From the NCBI GenBank assembly GCA_021793295.1, contig JAJYTA010000004.1, forward strand, positions 442-64,441: a stretch of 64,000 nt of DNA, read 5' to 3'. Each line of letters opens with the position of its first letter. The first letter of the stretch is position 1. Below the pieces are notes generated by a model that worked only from the letters and a program-made list of their open reading frames with translations, ran no database searches and was not told where the DNA came from. Both the position numbers and the translations under genes were made by a program. Positions 1 to 10,347 of the stretch are shown in pieces. This stretch comes from Actinomycetes bacterium. GTDB lineage: Bacteria > Actinomycetota > Actinomycetes > Jiangellales > Jiangellaceae.

Positions 1-792
1 GTTCACGCCGTCGCCGGTCAGCGTTCCGTTGCTGTTGCACGCGATGTACTGAGCCGACTGGCCGTCCGAGAGGCCGTTGATCGGACCCTGCCACAGCCAC
101 GGCAGCGCGCAGATGTTGTTGCCCGCGTTGATGCCGTCACCGTAGGTGGTGCCGTCACTGTTGCACGCGACGTAGTGTGCCTCCTGGCCCTCCTCGAACA
201 CGTTGACCGGGCCCTGCCACAGCCACGGCAGCGCGCACGCGCCATTGAGCACGTTGATGCCGTCGCCGTACGTCGTCTCCTCGGTGTTGCAGACCACGTA
301 GTAGGCGGACTGGTCCTCGTTGCCGGCGTTGAGCGGGCCCTGCCACAACCACGGCGCGGCGCAGGTGTTGTTCAGGATGTTGATGCCGTCGCCGTACGAC
401 TCGGCACCGTTGTTGAGGATGTTGATCCCGTCACCGATCGATATGCCGCTCGTGCCGTTACACGCCTCGTAGTAGGCCTCTTGCCCGCCGGAGAAGACGT
501 TGAACGGACCCTGCCACAACCACGGCAGTGCGCAGACGTTGTTGCCGATGTCGACGGCGTCCAGGCCCAGAGCGTCCAGGGCCTGGTCGACCTTGTCGTC
601 AGCACCTGCCTGGCCGAGCATGCCGAGCAAGGACCCGAGTTCACCGACGCCGGAGTCCTGGAGATCTGTCACTCTGGGGCCATCGGACGACCCGGATGCC
701 CCCGTATCCGCGAACGCCATCGTCCCCATCCCGAGGCCGACGGCAAGGGCCGTGCCGGTTACAACGGCACCGCCCAAGACTCTCTTCAGCAC
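1..792 (-). CDS. Secreted 42-aa Cys/Trp/Asn repeat protein (3' end outside window)
   Basis: Hand-translated; absent from ORF track because it has no stop in the window. GTG at 792 with GAGGGG SD, signal peptide MLKRVLGGAVVTGTALAVGLGMGTMAFA, four CAxPWLWQGPxN repeats. Confidence 0.85.
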   Translation of the reverse strand, partial: MLKRVLGGAVVTGTALAVGLGMGTMAFADTGASGSSDGPRVTDLQDSGVGELGSLLGMLGQAGADDKVDQALDALGLDAVDIGNNVCALPWLWQGPFNVFSGGQEAYYEACNGTSGISIGDGINILNNGAESYGDGINILNNTCAAPWLWQGPLNAGNEDQSAYYVVCNTEETTYGDGINVLNGACALPWLWQGPVNVFEEGQEAHYVACNSDGTTYGDGINAGNNICALPWLWQGPINGLSDGQSAQYIACNSNGTLTGDGVN

Positions 793-1094
793 AATTCCCC
801 TCAAATCTTCTCAGGTGTCATCGGGGCCACTGGATCATTTCCCACCCCGCCGAGAAGTACATTCGGCGCTGGTGACAGTGATGTCAAGCTCATTTTCCTA
901 ATGTCACTGATGTCGTCAGCACATTGACTCGAACATCCCTACTTTCGAATCTTCACTGAATTGCGCATTGATGTCCGAAACGTGCCGCAGTGCCCGGCCG
1001 GCTCGCTCGGGGCTCCGCCGGATGTCACCGATACCGACCACCCCGTGGACACACTCCCCCAAGGCGGCACACCCGTCTGCGAAACTCGCTTTCC

Positions 1095-1799
1095 GTGCGC
1101 CGCGACGTCATTCCGAGCCCGAACATCTGGAACCATCCGCGTGTCTACGAACTCGAGAACCGCGGTGTCGATCCGGATGGCGTACTCGAGGCGGCGATGC
1201 GGCGGGTGCATGACTGGGCGGCGCAATCGGTGCTCGACGTCGGCTGCGGCTCCGGCTTTCATCTTCCGCTGTTCGCTGCCCGCGCCTCTCACGTGACCGG
1301 CGTGGAGCCGCACGAACCGTTGGTGGCCGCCGCCAGGCGCCGGGTCGCCCGTCTCGAGCCCGAGTTCCGCTCGCGCATCGACGTCCGGCGTGGAACGGCT
1401 CAGCAGCTCCCGGTCCCGTCGGCTTCGGTCGACGTCGCGCACGCGCGCTGGGCCTACTTTTTCGGTCCCGGCTGCGAGCCCGGCCTGACCGAGCTCTCGC
1501 GGGTGATGCGCCGCGGCGGCACGGCGTTCGTCATCGACAACGACGCCACTCGGTCCACGTTCGGTCGCTGGTTCCGGCGCTCGAATCCGTCGTACGACCC
1601 GGAGGCCGTCGAGCGATTCTGGGGCCGGCAGGGCTGGCACCGCGAACGACTCGACATCCGCTGGGAGCACCCCGATCGACAGACGTTCGAGCAGGTCGTC
1701 CGCATCGAGTTCCCGCCGCAGGTCGCCGACGCCTTCTTGACGACACATGCGGGCACGACGGTCGACTACGCCGTGAACCTCTTCTGGCACGAGTTCTGA
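1095..1799 (+). CDS. Class I SAM-dependent methyltransferase
   Basis: VLDVGCGSG motif I; start estimated at GTG 1095 within ORF 990..1799. Confidence 0.85.
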   Translation: MRRDVIPSPNIWNHPRVYELENRGVDPDGVLEAAMRRVHDWAAQSVLDVGCGSGFHLPLFAARASHVTGVEPHEPLVAAARRRVARLEPEFRSRIDVRRGTAQQLPVPSASVDVAHARWAYFFGPGCEPGLTELSRVMRRGGTAFVIDNDATRSTFGRWFRRSNPSYDPEAVERFWGRQGWHRERLDIRWEHPDRQTFEQVVRIEFPPQVADAFLTTHAGTTVDYAVNLFWHEF

Positions 1800-1845
1800 A
1801 CTCCGCCATGAGCCCTGACCATGTCGGAGCCGGCCGATACCGTCT

Positions 1846-3240
1846 ATGACCATGGCCAAGGCAGCACAGATCTTCCGGTGCAGCGAGTGCGGCTGGACCA
1901 CGGCGAAGTGGGTCGGCCGCTGCGGCGAATGCCAGACGTGGGGCACTGTCACCGAGTCCGCCACGGGGTCGGCACCGCGTACTGGGGCCACGCTCGCCGG
2001 GCCGGTCAGTCAAACCGCGCAGCCCATCGGGTCGGTCGGCATCGACGTCGCGCGCTCGCGCCCCACCGGGGTCGACGAGTTCGATCGCGCACTGGGTGGC
2101 GGACTCGTCCAAGGGGCGGTCATCCTGCTCGCCGGCGAGCCGGGTGTCGGCAAGTCGACCCTGCTGCTCGACGTCACCGCTCGGTGGGCCCACGAAGCAG
2201 GACGCGCTTTGTACGTCACCGGCGAGGAATCCGCCGCCCAGGTCCGGCTGCGGGCCGAACGAACGTCGGCGGTGGCCGATCAGCTGTTCCTGGCCGCCGA
2301 AACCGACCTGTCGGCGGTTGTCACCCACATCGACGAGGTCGATCCCTCACTCATCGTCCTCGATTCGGTGCAGACCGTCGCCAGTCCGGCGGTCGATTCC
2401 GCACCCGGCGGCGTCAACCAGGTCCGCGAGGTCGCTGCGGCCATGATCCGCATCGCCAAAGAGCGCGGCATCGCGACCATCCTGGTTGGCCACGTCACCA
2501 AGGACGGCGGCATCGCCGGCCCGCGCGTGCTCGAGCATCTCGTCGACGTGGTCCTGCAGTTTGAGGGCGATCGCCACTCCCGGCTGCGGATGGTCCGCGC
2601 GGTGAAGAACCGCTATGGCCCGGCCGACGAAGTCGGCTGCTTCGATCTCTCCGACACCGGCATCACCTCACTCGCCGACCCCACCGGCCTGTTCTTGTCC
2701 CAGCACGCCGCGCCGGTACCCGGTACCTGCATCACCGTGACACTCGAGGGCCGCCGACCGCTGCTGGGGGAGGTTCAGGCGCTGGTGGCGCCATCGGCGC
2801 TGGCTTCCCCGCGCCGGGCCAACAGCGGCCTCGACTCGTCCCGCGTGGCGATGGTGCTCGCCGTGCTCGAACGCCGCGGCGGCATCAAACTCCGCGAGGC
2901 CGACGTGTACACCTCGACCGTGGGCGGCGCGAAGCTCACCGAACCTGCCGCCGACCTGGCCGTACTACTCGCCGTGGCCGGCGCGGCCCATGGTTCGCCC
3001 ATCCCGGCCGGCACCACTGCGCTGGGCGAGGTCGGCCTGGCCGGAGAGATCCGGCGCGTCACCGGGTTGCAGCGGCGGCTGGCCGAGGCAGAGCGGCTCG
3101 GCTTCACCCGGGCGCTGGTGCCCCCGGACCCCGGCCCGGTCCCGGCCGGCATCAAAGTCGTCGAAGTTCCGGACGTCGGACAGGCCCTCGCCATGGCAGC
3201 GGACTCCGCGCTACACGGGGCATCCGGAGCCTCTCGGTGA
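1846..3240 (+). CDS. radA: DNA repair protein RadA/Sms
   Basis: CSECG..CGEC zinc finger, GEPGVGKS Walker A, KNRYG motif, Lon-like C-terminus. Confidence 0.97.
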   Translation: MTMAKAAQIFRCSECGWTTAKWVGRCGECQTWGTVTESATGSAPRTGATLAGPVSQTAQPIGSVGIDVARSRPTGVDEFDRALGGGLVQGAVILLAGEPGVGKSTLLLDVTARWAHEAGRALYVTGEESAAQVRLRAERTSAVADQLFLAAETDLSAVVTHIDEVDPSLIVLDSVQTVASPAVDSAPGGVNQVREVAAAMIRIAKERGIATILVGHVTKDGGIAGPRVLEHLVDVVLQFEGDRHSRLRMVRAVKNRYGPADEVGCFDLSDTGITSLADPTGLFLSQHAAPVPGTCITVTLEGRRPLLGEVQALVAPSALASPRRANSGLDSSRVAMVLAVLERRGGIKLREADVYTSTVGGAKLTEPAADLAVLLAVAGAAHGSPIPAGTTALGEVGLAGEIRRVTGLQRRLAEAERLGFTRALVPPDPGPVPAGIKVVEVPDVGQALAMAADSALHGASGASR

Positions 3241-3392
3241 ACCATTCAGACCGTTCTGTCCGATCTTTGTCACCGTTCGGCACCGAAGGCCATAGACTGA
3301 TACACCCGGCGCTACTCGTCGTCGGTCACGACGACACGAGCCGCCGTACACTGAAGCCACGACGATAGCCGTTATGTCACGACAGGGGTCAC

Positions 3393-4487
3393 GTGCAGGG
3401 CAACGATCGAGCCGGCGCCGACGCCAAACTGCGCCAGGCTCTGGCAGCTGTGGCACCCGGCACCGCCCTGCGTGAAGGCCTCGAGCGGATTCTGCGCGGG
3501 CGAACCGGGGCGCTGGTCGTCCTCGGCCATGACAAGCGCATCGAGCAGATGAGCACCGGCGGCTTCGACCTCGACGTCGAATTCAGCGCCACCAGGCTGC
3601 GCGAGCTGGCGAAGATGGACGGCGCGATCGTCGTCGACAGCGACTGCACCCGCATTCTGGCCGCCGCCACTCAGCTGGTGCCCGACCCCTCGATTCCCAC
3701 CACCGAGTCCGGCACCCGGCACCGCACCGCAGAGCGGGTCGCGAAGCAGACCGGTTTCCCGGTCATCTCCGTCAGCCAGTCGATGCGCATCGTCGCCATC
3801 TACGTCGACGACATCCGCTACGTGCTCGAAGATGCCGGGCAGATTCTCTCCCGGGCCAACCAGGCCCTGGCCACGCTCGAGCGGTACAAGCTGCGCCTCG
3901 ACGAGGTCTCCGGCACCCTGTCGGCCCTCGAGATCGAAGATCTGGTCACGGTGCGCGACGTCGTCGCCGTGGCGCAACGACTCGAGATGGTCCGGCGGAT
4001 CTCGGTGGAGATCGACGGCTACGTCGTCGAACTGGGCACCGACGGCCGGCTGCTCAGCCTGCAACTCGACGAGCTGGTCGCGGGGGTCGACGTCGACCGT
4101 GAACTGGTCATCCGCGACTATCTTCCGGCGCCGTCGGGCAACCGCGGCCGGACGCTGAGCGAGGCCATCCACGATCTCGACAACCTGTCCGGCGTCGAGT
4201 TGCTCGACCTCGGTTCGGTGGCGCGCACTCTGGGTTTCCCCGGCGGCGGCGAGCAACTCGACGCCGCGGTCAGCCCCCGCGGCTTCCGCCTGCTCGCTCG
4301 CGTGCCGCGCCTTCCCGACAGCGTCATCGAGCGCCTGGTCAATCACTTCGGTGGGCTGCAGAAGTTGCTGGCCGCCAGCGTCGACGATCTGCAGGCCGTC
4401 GACGGCGTCGGCGAGAATCGCGCCCGCAGCGTCCGAGAAGGGCTCTCCCGGCTGGCCGAGTCGAGCATTCTGGAGCGCTACGTCTGA
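3393..4487 (+). CDS. disA: DNA integrity scanning diadenylate cyclase DisA
   Basis: DGA and GTRHRTAER motifs, C-terminal HhH, follows radA. Confidence 0.97.
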   Translation: MQGNDRAGADAKLRQALAAVAPGTALREGLERILRGRTGALVVLGHDKRIEQMSTGGFDLDVEFSATRLRELAKMDGAIVVDSDCTRILAAATQLVPDPSIPTTESGTRHRTAERVAKQTGFPVISVSQSMRIVAIYVDDIRYVLEDAGQILSRANQALATLERYKLRLDEVSGTLSALEIEDLVTVRDVVAVAQRLEMVRRISVEIDGYVVELGTDGRLLSLQLDELVAGVDVDRELVIRDYLPAPSGNRGRTLSEAIHDLDNLSGVELLDLGSVARTLGFPGGGEQLDAAVSPRGFRLLARVPRLPDSVIERLVNHFGGLQKLLAASVDDLQAVDGVGENRARSVREGLSRLAESSILERYV

Positions 4488-4576
4488 CGGCGACGGCCCG
4501 ACGAGTACGTGCCGCCAGCGTTCCGCGTCACCTCGATGCCGGCATCGCTTGATCTGATCAGGCCTGGACACAGACA

Positions 4577-4608
4577 TGGGGCCCGCGCGGTATCCCGCGC
4601 GGGCCCCA
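4577..4608. terminator. Hairpin between convergent genes
   Basis: TGGGGCCCGCGCGG-TATC-CCGCGCGGGCCCCA, perfect 14-bp stem. Confidence 0.7.
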
Positions 4609-4652
4609 CCATCAGCCGATCGTGGTCACGTCGGCGTCATGGGTCTGTCGCC

Positions 4653-5855
4653 TCAGCTGTGCGCCACGACCTCTTCAGCGATACCGCCGGGCGGAACCTG
4701 GACCGAGAGCTCCGGGAAGCTCAGCAGCCCGACCTCGGCGGTGGCGACCTCGACGTCACCCAGCAGCGGCATCGGAGCGCTCAGCGTGACGCGCAGCGCC
4801 AGCCCGCCGCCGGAGGCCTCGGCCGTCGTGCCGTCCTCGGCCAGGACGCTGTCGTCGTCGCGGTAGTCGGCGAAGTTGAGGTTGACCGCGAGACCGTTGA
4901 GGTCGAAGGTCTGGTCGAACCCAGGCTCGACGTCGATGACCTCCTCGCCCGCGACGTGCAGCTCCAGCGCCGGCAGGTCGTAGTCGAAGGTCGCGCCGCC
5001 GGGCTCACCGGTGGCCTCGAGCCGGCCCCAGCTGTTCGGCGTCTCTCCGTCGTCGGAGCCCGCGAAGCCCACGGAGATGCCGCCGTTCTCGGCCCCACCG
5101 AGCACGCTCACGTCACCGAAGCGACCGCTGACCTCGGCGTAGCCACCCAGCGAACCGTCCTCCTTGGCGAAGGTCCCGGTCTCCTGCAGCAGCTGGCCGG
5201 CCCCGATCGAGATGACCGACTCGTCGACCGGAAGGTCGATCGGCAGCAATTCGGTCACCGGCCCGAGGTCGGACGCGTTGAGCAGATCCACCTGGCCAAC
5301 ACCGGAGTACAGGCTGGTCAGCACGCCACCTTCGGCACCCTCGGAGACCAGGTCGCTGTTCCAGTTGGCCTTCGCCTCACCCGAGATGGCGCTGAGGCTG
5401 CCGACCACCGGCACCTCGATGCCGTGGAACCCGTACGTCGCGGGCTCCTCTTCCTCCGGCAGCGCCGTCTGCTCGACCAGGTACGGCACGTCGAAATCGG
5501 CGCCGAGCCCGCCGACGTTGGCGATGGTGCCGAATGCGCGCGAGTACACGCCCGGGTCTTCGCCTTCGATCCCGGCCGAGTTGGCCTCGGACTCGATCTG
5601 GCCGACCGTCACGTTGGCGTCGACCTCTGGCACCGGGACCGGCAGCGGCAGCCCGCTGGCGACCTCGACCTGCGCCGTCGCGTAGTAACCATCCGCGACG
5701 ATCTGGAAGTCGTCGGAGCCGACGTACACCTTGTCGTCGGCAGCTTGTGCCTGCAAGCCCACGCAGCCGACCGCGAGCGCTGTGCCCGTCGCTCCGGCCA
5801 CGACCCGGACCGCGTGACGACGCGTACGCGCGGCGCCGGCTATTGGCCTAGACAT
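4653..5855 (-). CDS. Acidic secreted protein of unknown function
   Basis: ATG 5855 with GAAGGAG SD; signal peptide ending AQA; Asp/Glu/Gly-rich mature region. Confidence 0.8.
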   Translation of the reverse strand: MSRPIAGAARTRRHAVRVVAGATGTALAVGCVGLQAQAADDKVYVGSDDFQIVADGYYATAQVEVASGLPLPVPVPEVDANVTVGQIESEANSAGIEGEDPGVYSRAFGTIANVGGLGADFDVPYLVEQTALPEEEEPATYGFHGIEVPVVGSLSAISGEAKANWNSDLVSEGAEGGVLTSLYSGVGQVDLLNASDLGPVTELLPIDLPVDESVISIGAGQLLQETGTFAKEDGSLGGYAEVSGRFGDVSVLGGAENGGISVGFAGSDDGETPNSWGRLEATGEPGGATFDYDLPALELHVAGEEVIDVEPGFDQTFDLNGLAVNLNFADYRDDDSVLAEDGTTAEASGGGLALRVTLSAPMPLLGDVEVATAEVGLLSFPELSVQVPPGGIAEEVVAHS

Positions 5856-6176
5856 AACTTCTCCTTCTAGTACTCGAGTTGACTCCACCCGATTGACGGG
5901 CCCGGTGCGGATTTAACGAACACACCAGCCGCTGACGCTAACTACAGTCACTACGGCTAGTCAATGACATTCGTACTTATGACTCGAAGATCCACTTGAA
6001 CCGCTTCGAGCTGGGCGTTTTATGGTTGACATTGCGGCACAAACGCTAACTGTCCGCATACTCGTGGTTCCACTGAATGTGCAGCAATGTCCGATTACCG
6101 CGTCGGCTTTCGCGAAATCCGGCATTGCGCCCGGATCGATCCCGTGGCCCCGCCGATCGGTTCCATCGGGCGGTGT

Positions 6177-7052
6177 GTGACGATCGCTGGCGTGCGGGAC
6201 TCCGTTCTGTCGTGGTACGCGGCCAACGCACGCGATCTGCCCTGGCGTGCCGCCGATCGCACGCCGTGGGGTGTCCTCGTCAGCGAGGTCATGCTTCAGC
6301 AGACACCGGTGTCGCGCGTGGAGCCGGTCTGGCGGGAGTGGCTCCGGCGGTGGCCGTCCCCGGCAGCGTTGGCGGCCGAGCAGCCTGCTGCCGCCATTCG
6401 CGCCTGGGGCAGGCTCGGCTACCCTCGGCGCGCACTGCGCTTGCACGCCGCTGCTCGCGTCATCACCGACCGGCACGCCGGCTCCGTGCCTTCCGGCTAC
6501 GACGACCTTCGCGCACTACCTGGCGTCGGCGATTACACGGCGGCAGCGGTCGCCTCGTTCGCCTTCGGCGCCCGGCATGCCGTACTCGACACCAACGTGC
6601 GCCGGGTGCTCGCCCGCGCGATCAGCGGGTCGCAATACCCACCGCAATCCGCGACGGCAGCCGAGCGCCGGCTGGCCGAGGAGCTCCTACCGGAGCCCGA
6701 GGACGCACCCACCTGGTCGGTGGCCGTCATGGAGCTCGGCGCGGTCATCTGCACCGCGCGAGCCCCACGCTGCGGAGAATGCCCGATCGCGGGCGAATGC
6801 ACGTGGCGGCTGGCCGGTTCTCCCGCCTATGCGGGCCCGCCCAGACGCGGTCAGGCCTGGGAAGGGACCGACCGGCAAGCACGTGGCCGGCTGCTGGCCG
6901 TCCTCCGTGAAGCGTCGGGACCGGTCGGCAAAAGCGCGTTGGACGTCGTATGGTCCGACGCACGGCAACGAGAGCGCGCACTCGATGGGTTGGTCGCCGA
7001 CGGACTGGTCGAGCCGCTCGATGGCGACCGGTATCGCCTGCCGAGTAGCTGA
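6177..7052 (+). CDS. mutY: A/G-specific adenine glycosylase
   Basis: RDLPWR, SEVMLQQT, LPGVGDYTA HhH, Cx6Cx2Cx5C Fe-S motif; start estimated. Confidence 0.95.
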   Translation: MTIAGVRDSVLSWYAANARDLPWRAADRTPWGVLVSEVMLQQTPVSRVEPVWREWLRRWPSPAALAAEQPAAAIRAWGRLGYPRRALRLHAAARVITDRHAGSVPSGYDDLRALPGVGDYTAAAVASFAFGARHAVLDTNVRRVLARAISGSQYPPQSATAAERRLAEELLPEPEDAPTWSVAVMELGAVICTARAPRCGECPIAGECTWRLAGSPAYAGPPRRGQAWEGTDRQARGRLLAVLREASGPVGKSALDVVWSDARQRERALDGLVADGLVEPLDGDRYRLPSS

Positions 7053-7163
7053 CACGTGGCTTGCCCCGATGTGACCCCTCTTGACCCGCGGTAATCATTT
7101 CGCTACGTTCCGCCTCAAGCTGGTTTGCTGAAAACGGCAACCGCCCATGTCGGGGAGGCCAGT

Positions 7164-9008
7164 ATGCCGCGCACGTCCAGCTCCACCCGTCATCGCCGAT
7201 CGGGCGCCGCGGTTGCCGTGGGATGTGCCGTGGCTTTGGTGGCCGCGCCGGCCGGCGCTGTCGGCGACGCGGGTTCCGACGGCCGCAGCACGTCCGGCTA
7301 CGTTCAGGCACAACTCGATGCGATGACGCTGGAAGAGAAGGTCGGCCAGCTCTTCGTCACCCACGTGTACGGCACCGACGCCACCGAGGTGACCGCTGAG
7401 CAGGCGGCCAAGAACCAGGCGGCCTACGGGGTGGACACGCCGGCTGAGGTGGTCGACAAGTACCACCTCGGTGGGGTCATTTACTTCTCCTGGTCGCAGA
7501 ATGTCGACGACCCGGTCCAGGTGGCCCGGTTGTCCAACGGCTTGCAGGCAGCGGCCACCGACGACGGTCCCCCGCTCATGATCGCCGCCGACCAGGAGAC
7601 AGGCATCGTGGCCCGGATGCCGCCGCCGGCAACGGAGTTTCCCGGTGCCCAGGCTCTGGCAGCCGGCGGTGAAACCCGCGATGCCCGACGGGCAGCGACC
7701 ATCACCGCTCGCGAGCTCCGTGCCGTCGGCATCACCCAGAACTTCGCTCCCGTCGCCGACGTCAACGTCAACCCGCACAATCCGGTCATCGGCGTGCGCA
7801 GCTTCAGCTCCGACCCGGGCATCGCCAGTGAGTTCGTCCGTGCCCAGGTAGCCGGCTACCAGCGCGGGCACGGCGTCGCCGCGGCGGCCAAGCACTTCCC
7901 CGGCCACGGCGACACGAGCGAGGACAGCCACGTCGAACTCCCCGCGATCGACCACACCAGGGCGGAATGGGAAGCTCTGGACCGCCCGCCGTTCGACGCT
8001 GCGATCGACGCCGGCGTCGACGTCATCATGACCGCCCACATCGTGGTGAACAGCCTCGACCCGTCCGGCGACCCGGCCACCTTGTCGCACCCGATCGTCA
8101 CCGGCCTGCTCCGGGAAGAGATGGGCTACGACGGCGTGATCATCACCGATGCGATGAACATGGACGCCATCGTCGAGAACTGGGGGTCCGACGTCGCCGG
8201 CGTGCTGGCTCTGCGGGCCGGGGTCGACCAGTTGCTCGTACCCGAGGACGGCCATATGGACGTCATGTACCAGTCGGTGATCGACGCTGTGCGCAGCGGC
8301 GAACTCAGCGAGGAGCGCATCGACCGCAGCGTCGCCCGAGTTCTGGAGCTCAAGCTCGAGCACGGCGTGGTCGCCAATCCCTACGTCGACGTCTCCGCGG
8401 TCGACCGTCGCGTCGGCAACCGGGCCCATATCGCGACCGCCCAGCGGATCACCGGCCGCACCGTCACGGCGTTGCGGAACACCGGTGCCGACGGTCAGCC
8501 GGTGCTGCCGATCCAGGCGGAGGGCGCCTCGGTGTTGGTCGCCACCGCGAACGGCGCCGCGGGCACGGCCGCGGCCGCAGCGCTACGCGAGCACGGAGCC
8601 GACGTCGAGGTGTTGAACACCGGCACCCGTCCGACCGACGTCGACATCGCCGCAGCGGTCGAGGCCGCGCCCGCCCACGACCTGAGCGTGGTGATCACGT
8701 CGAAGGCGTGGGACACCAGCGGCACCGATCCCGAGGGCCGGCAACGCCAGCTCGTCACGGCCCTCACCGAGACCGGCACCAACGTGGTCGCCGTGGCTAC
8801 CCGCGATGCCTACGACGTCGCCTACCTACCGCAGGAAGCCGGTTTCCTCGCCGCGTACTCCTCCACCGCAGTCTCGATGCGAAGTGTCGCCGGTGTGATC
8901 GCCGGCACCATCAATCCGACCGGGCGGCTGCCGGTGGACGTCCCCGCAGCCGACGGCTCCGTGCTCTACCCGATCGGAGCCGGCCTGTCCTGGCCCGCCG
9001 AACGCTGA
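7164..9008 (+). CDS. nagZ: Secreted GH3 beta-N-acetylhexosaminidase
   Basis: KHFPGHGDTSEDSH motif, IITDAMNM nucleophile region, signal peptide; ATG 7164 after GGGAGG. Confidence 0.9.
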   Translation: MPRTSSSTRHRRSGAAVAVGCAVALVAAPAGAVGDAGSDGRSTSGYVQAQLDAMTLEEKVGQLFVTHVYGTDATEVTAEQAAKNQAAYGVDTPAEVVDKYHLGGVIYFSWSQNVDDPVQVARLSNGLQAAATDDGPPLMIAADQETGIVARMPPPATEFPGAQALAAGGETRDARRAATITARELRAVGITQNFAPVADVNVNPHNPVIGVRSFSSDPGIASEFVRAQVAGYQRGHGVAAAAKHFPGHGDTSEDSHVELPAIDHTRAEWEALDRPPFDAAIDAGVDVIMTAHIVVNSLDPSGDPATLSHPIVTGLLREEMGYDGVIITDAMNMDAIVENWGSDVAGVLALRAGVDQLLVPEDGHMDVMYQSVIDAVRSGELSEERIDRSVARVLELKLEHGVVANPYVDVSAVDRRVGNRAHIATAQRITGRTVTALRNTGADGQPVLPIQAEGASVLVATANGAAGTAAAAALREHGADVEVLNTGTRPTDVDIAAAVEAAPAHDLSVVITSKAWDTSGTDPEGRQRQLVTALTETGTNVVAVATRDAYDVAYLPQEAGFLAAYSSTAVSMRSVAGVIAGTINPTGRLPVDVPAADGSVLYPIGAGLSWPAER

Positions 9009-9039
9009 CCCACCGACCCCACGAGCACCGGGAGACCCC

Positions 9040-10347
9040 ATGGATCGCCGTCAGTTCCTCGCCGCCAGCGGCCTCGGCGTGGCTGCCGCCGCCGCGTGGC
9101 CCGCGACCGCCGCCGCACGTCCTGGAGCTGCCTCGCGGCCACCGGGCCGCGCCGACACAGCGCCGACCGTCCAGGTCGGCGCGGAGCGGTGGGCTGCGGA
9201 CGGTTGGTCGGCCCTGAGCGGGCATCGCGTCGGCGTCATCTCCAACCCGACCGGCATCCTGACCGACACGTCGCACATCGTCGACAGCATGGTCGCCTCG
9301 GGCAACGTCAACATCACCGGCGTGTTCGGCCCTGAACACGGCTTCCGCGGTTCGGCGCAGGCCGGCGACTCCGAGGACACCTTCACCGACCCTCGCACCG
9401 GGGTCACGGTCTACGACGCCTACGGCGCCCAGGAAGCCCACTTCATGAACATGTTCGCCGAGGCCGACGTGGAGGTCGTCGTCTTCGACATCCAGGACGT
9501 CGGTGCTCGGTTCTACACCTACATCTGGACCATGTGGTCCGCGATGCGCGCGGCGGCGCGGATGGATCTGAAGTTCGTCGTGCTCGACCGGCCCAATCCG
9601 CTCGGCGGCACGGCCTACGGTCCCATGCTCTACCCGGGCTACGAGTCCGGCATCGGGCAGCGCTACATCGTGCAGCAGCACGGCATGACCGTCGGCGAGC
9701 TGGCTCAACTGTTCAACGGGGAGTTCCTGCCGGACGACGCCGGCGCCGTCGTGGACGACCTGGAGATCGTGGAGCTGGAGGGGTGGCGCACCGACATGCG
9801 CTACGCCGACACCGGCCTGCCGTGGGTGCTGCCCAGTCCGAACATGCCCACGCCCGACACCGCCCAGGTGTACGTCGGTACCTGCCTGTTCGAGGGCACT
9901 GCGCTGTCGGAAGGCCGGGGGACGACCCGGCCGTTCGAATTCATCGGCGCGCCCTACGGCACGTATCACTGGTCGGACGCGCTGAACGAGGCCGGGTTGG
10001 CCGGCGTGGACTTCCGCGAGGCCTACTTCTCGCCGACGTTCAGCAAGCACACCGGCGAGACCTGCGGTGGCGTCCAACTGCACGTCACCGATCCGCTGGC
10101 CTTCGACCCCATCCGTACCGGAGTCACCATGCTCGTCACGGCGAAGCAGCTGTATCCCGACGACTTCGCCTGGCGAGGCGGTGGGGACAGTGACGGGTTC
10201 ATCCACCTCCTGCACGGATCGGACCGGCTGCAGACGATGGTCGACGCCGGCGCGTCGGCGGACGAGATCGTGGACTCCTGGCGCCACGAGCTCACCCGGT
10301 TCGACGCCACGCGGCGGCGCTACCTGATCTACCGGGGCCGGCGATGA
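9040..10347 (+). CDS. namZ: Tat-exported exo-beta-N-acetylmuramidase NamZ (DUF1343) family
   Basis: MDRRQFL Tat signal; PEHGFRG, DIQDVGARFYTY, DRPNP, PSPNMPT, SEGRGTTRPFE motifs. Confidence 0.92.
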   Translation: MDRRQFLAASGLGVAAAAAWPATAAARPGAASRPPGRADTAPTVQVGAERWAADGWSALSGHRVGVISNPTGILTDTSHIVDSMVASGNVNITGVFGPEHGFRGSAQAGDSEDTFTDPRTGVTVYDAYGAQEAHFMNMFAEADVEVVVFDIQDVGARFYTYIWTMWSAMRAAARMDLKFVVLDRPNPLGGTAYGPMLYPGYESGIGQRYIVQQHGMTVGELAQLFNGEFLPDDAGAVVDDLEIVELEGWRTDMRYADTGLPWVLPSPNMPTPDTAQVYVGTCLFEGTALSEGRGTTRPFEFIGAPYGTYHWSDALNEAGLAGVDFREAYFSPTFSKHTGETCGGVQLHVTDPLAFDPIRTGVTMLVTAKQLYPDDFAWRGGGDSDGFIHLLHGSDRLQTMVDAGASADEIVDSWRHELTRFDATRRRYLIYRGRR

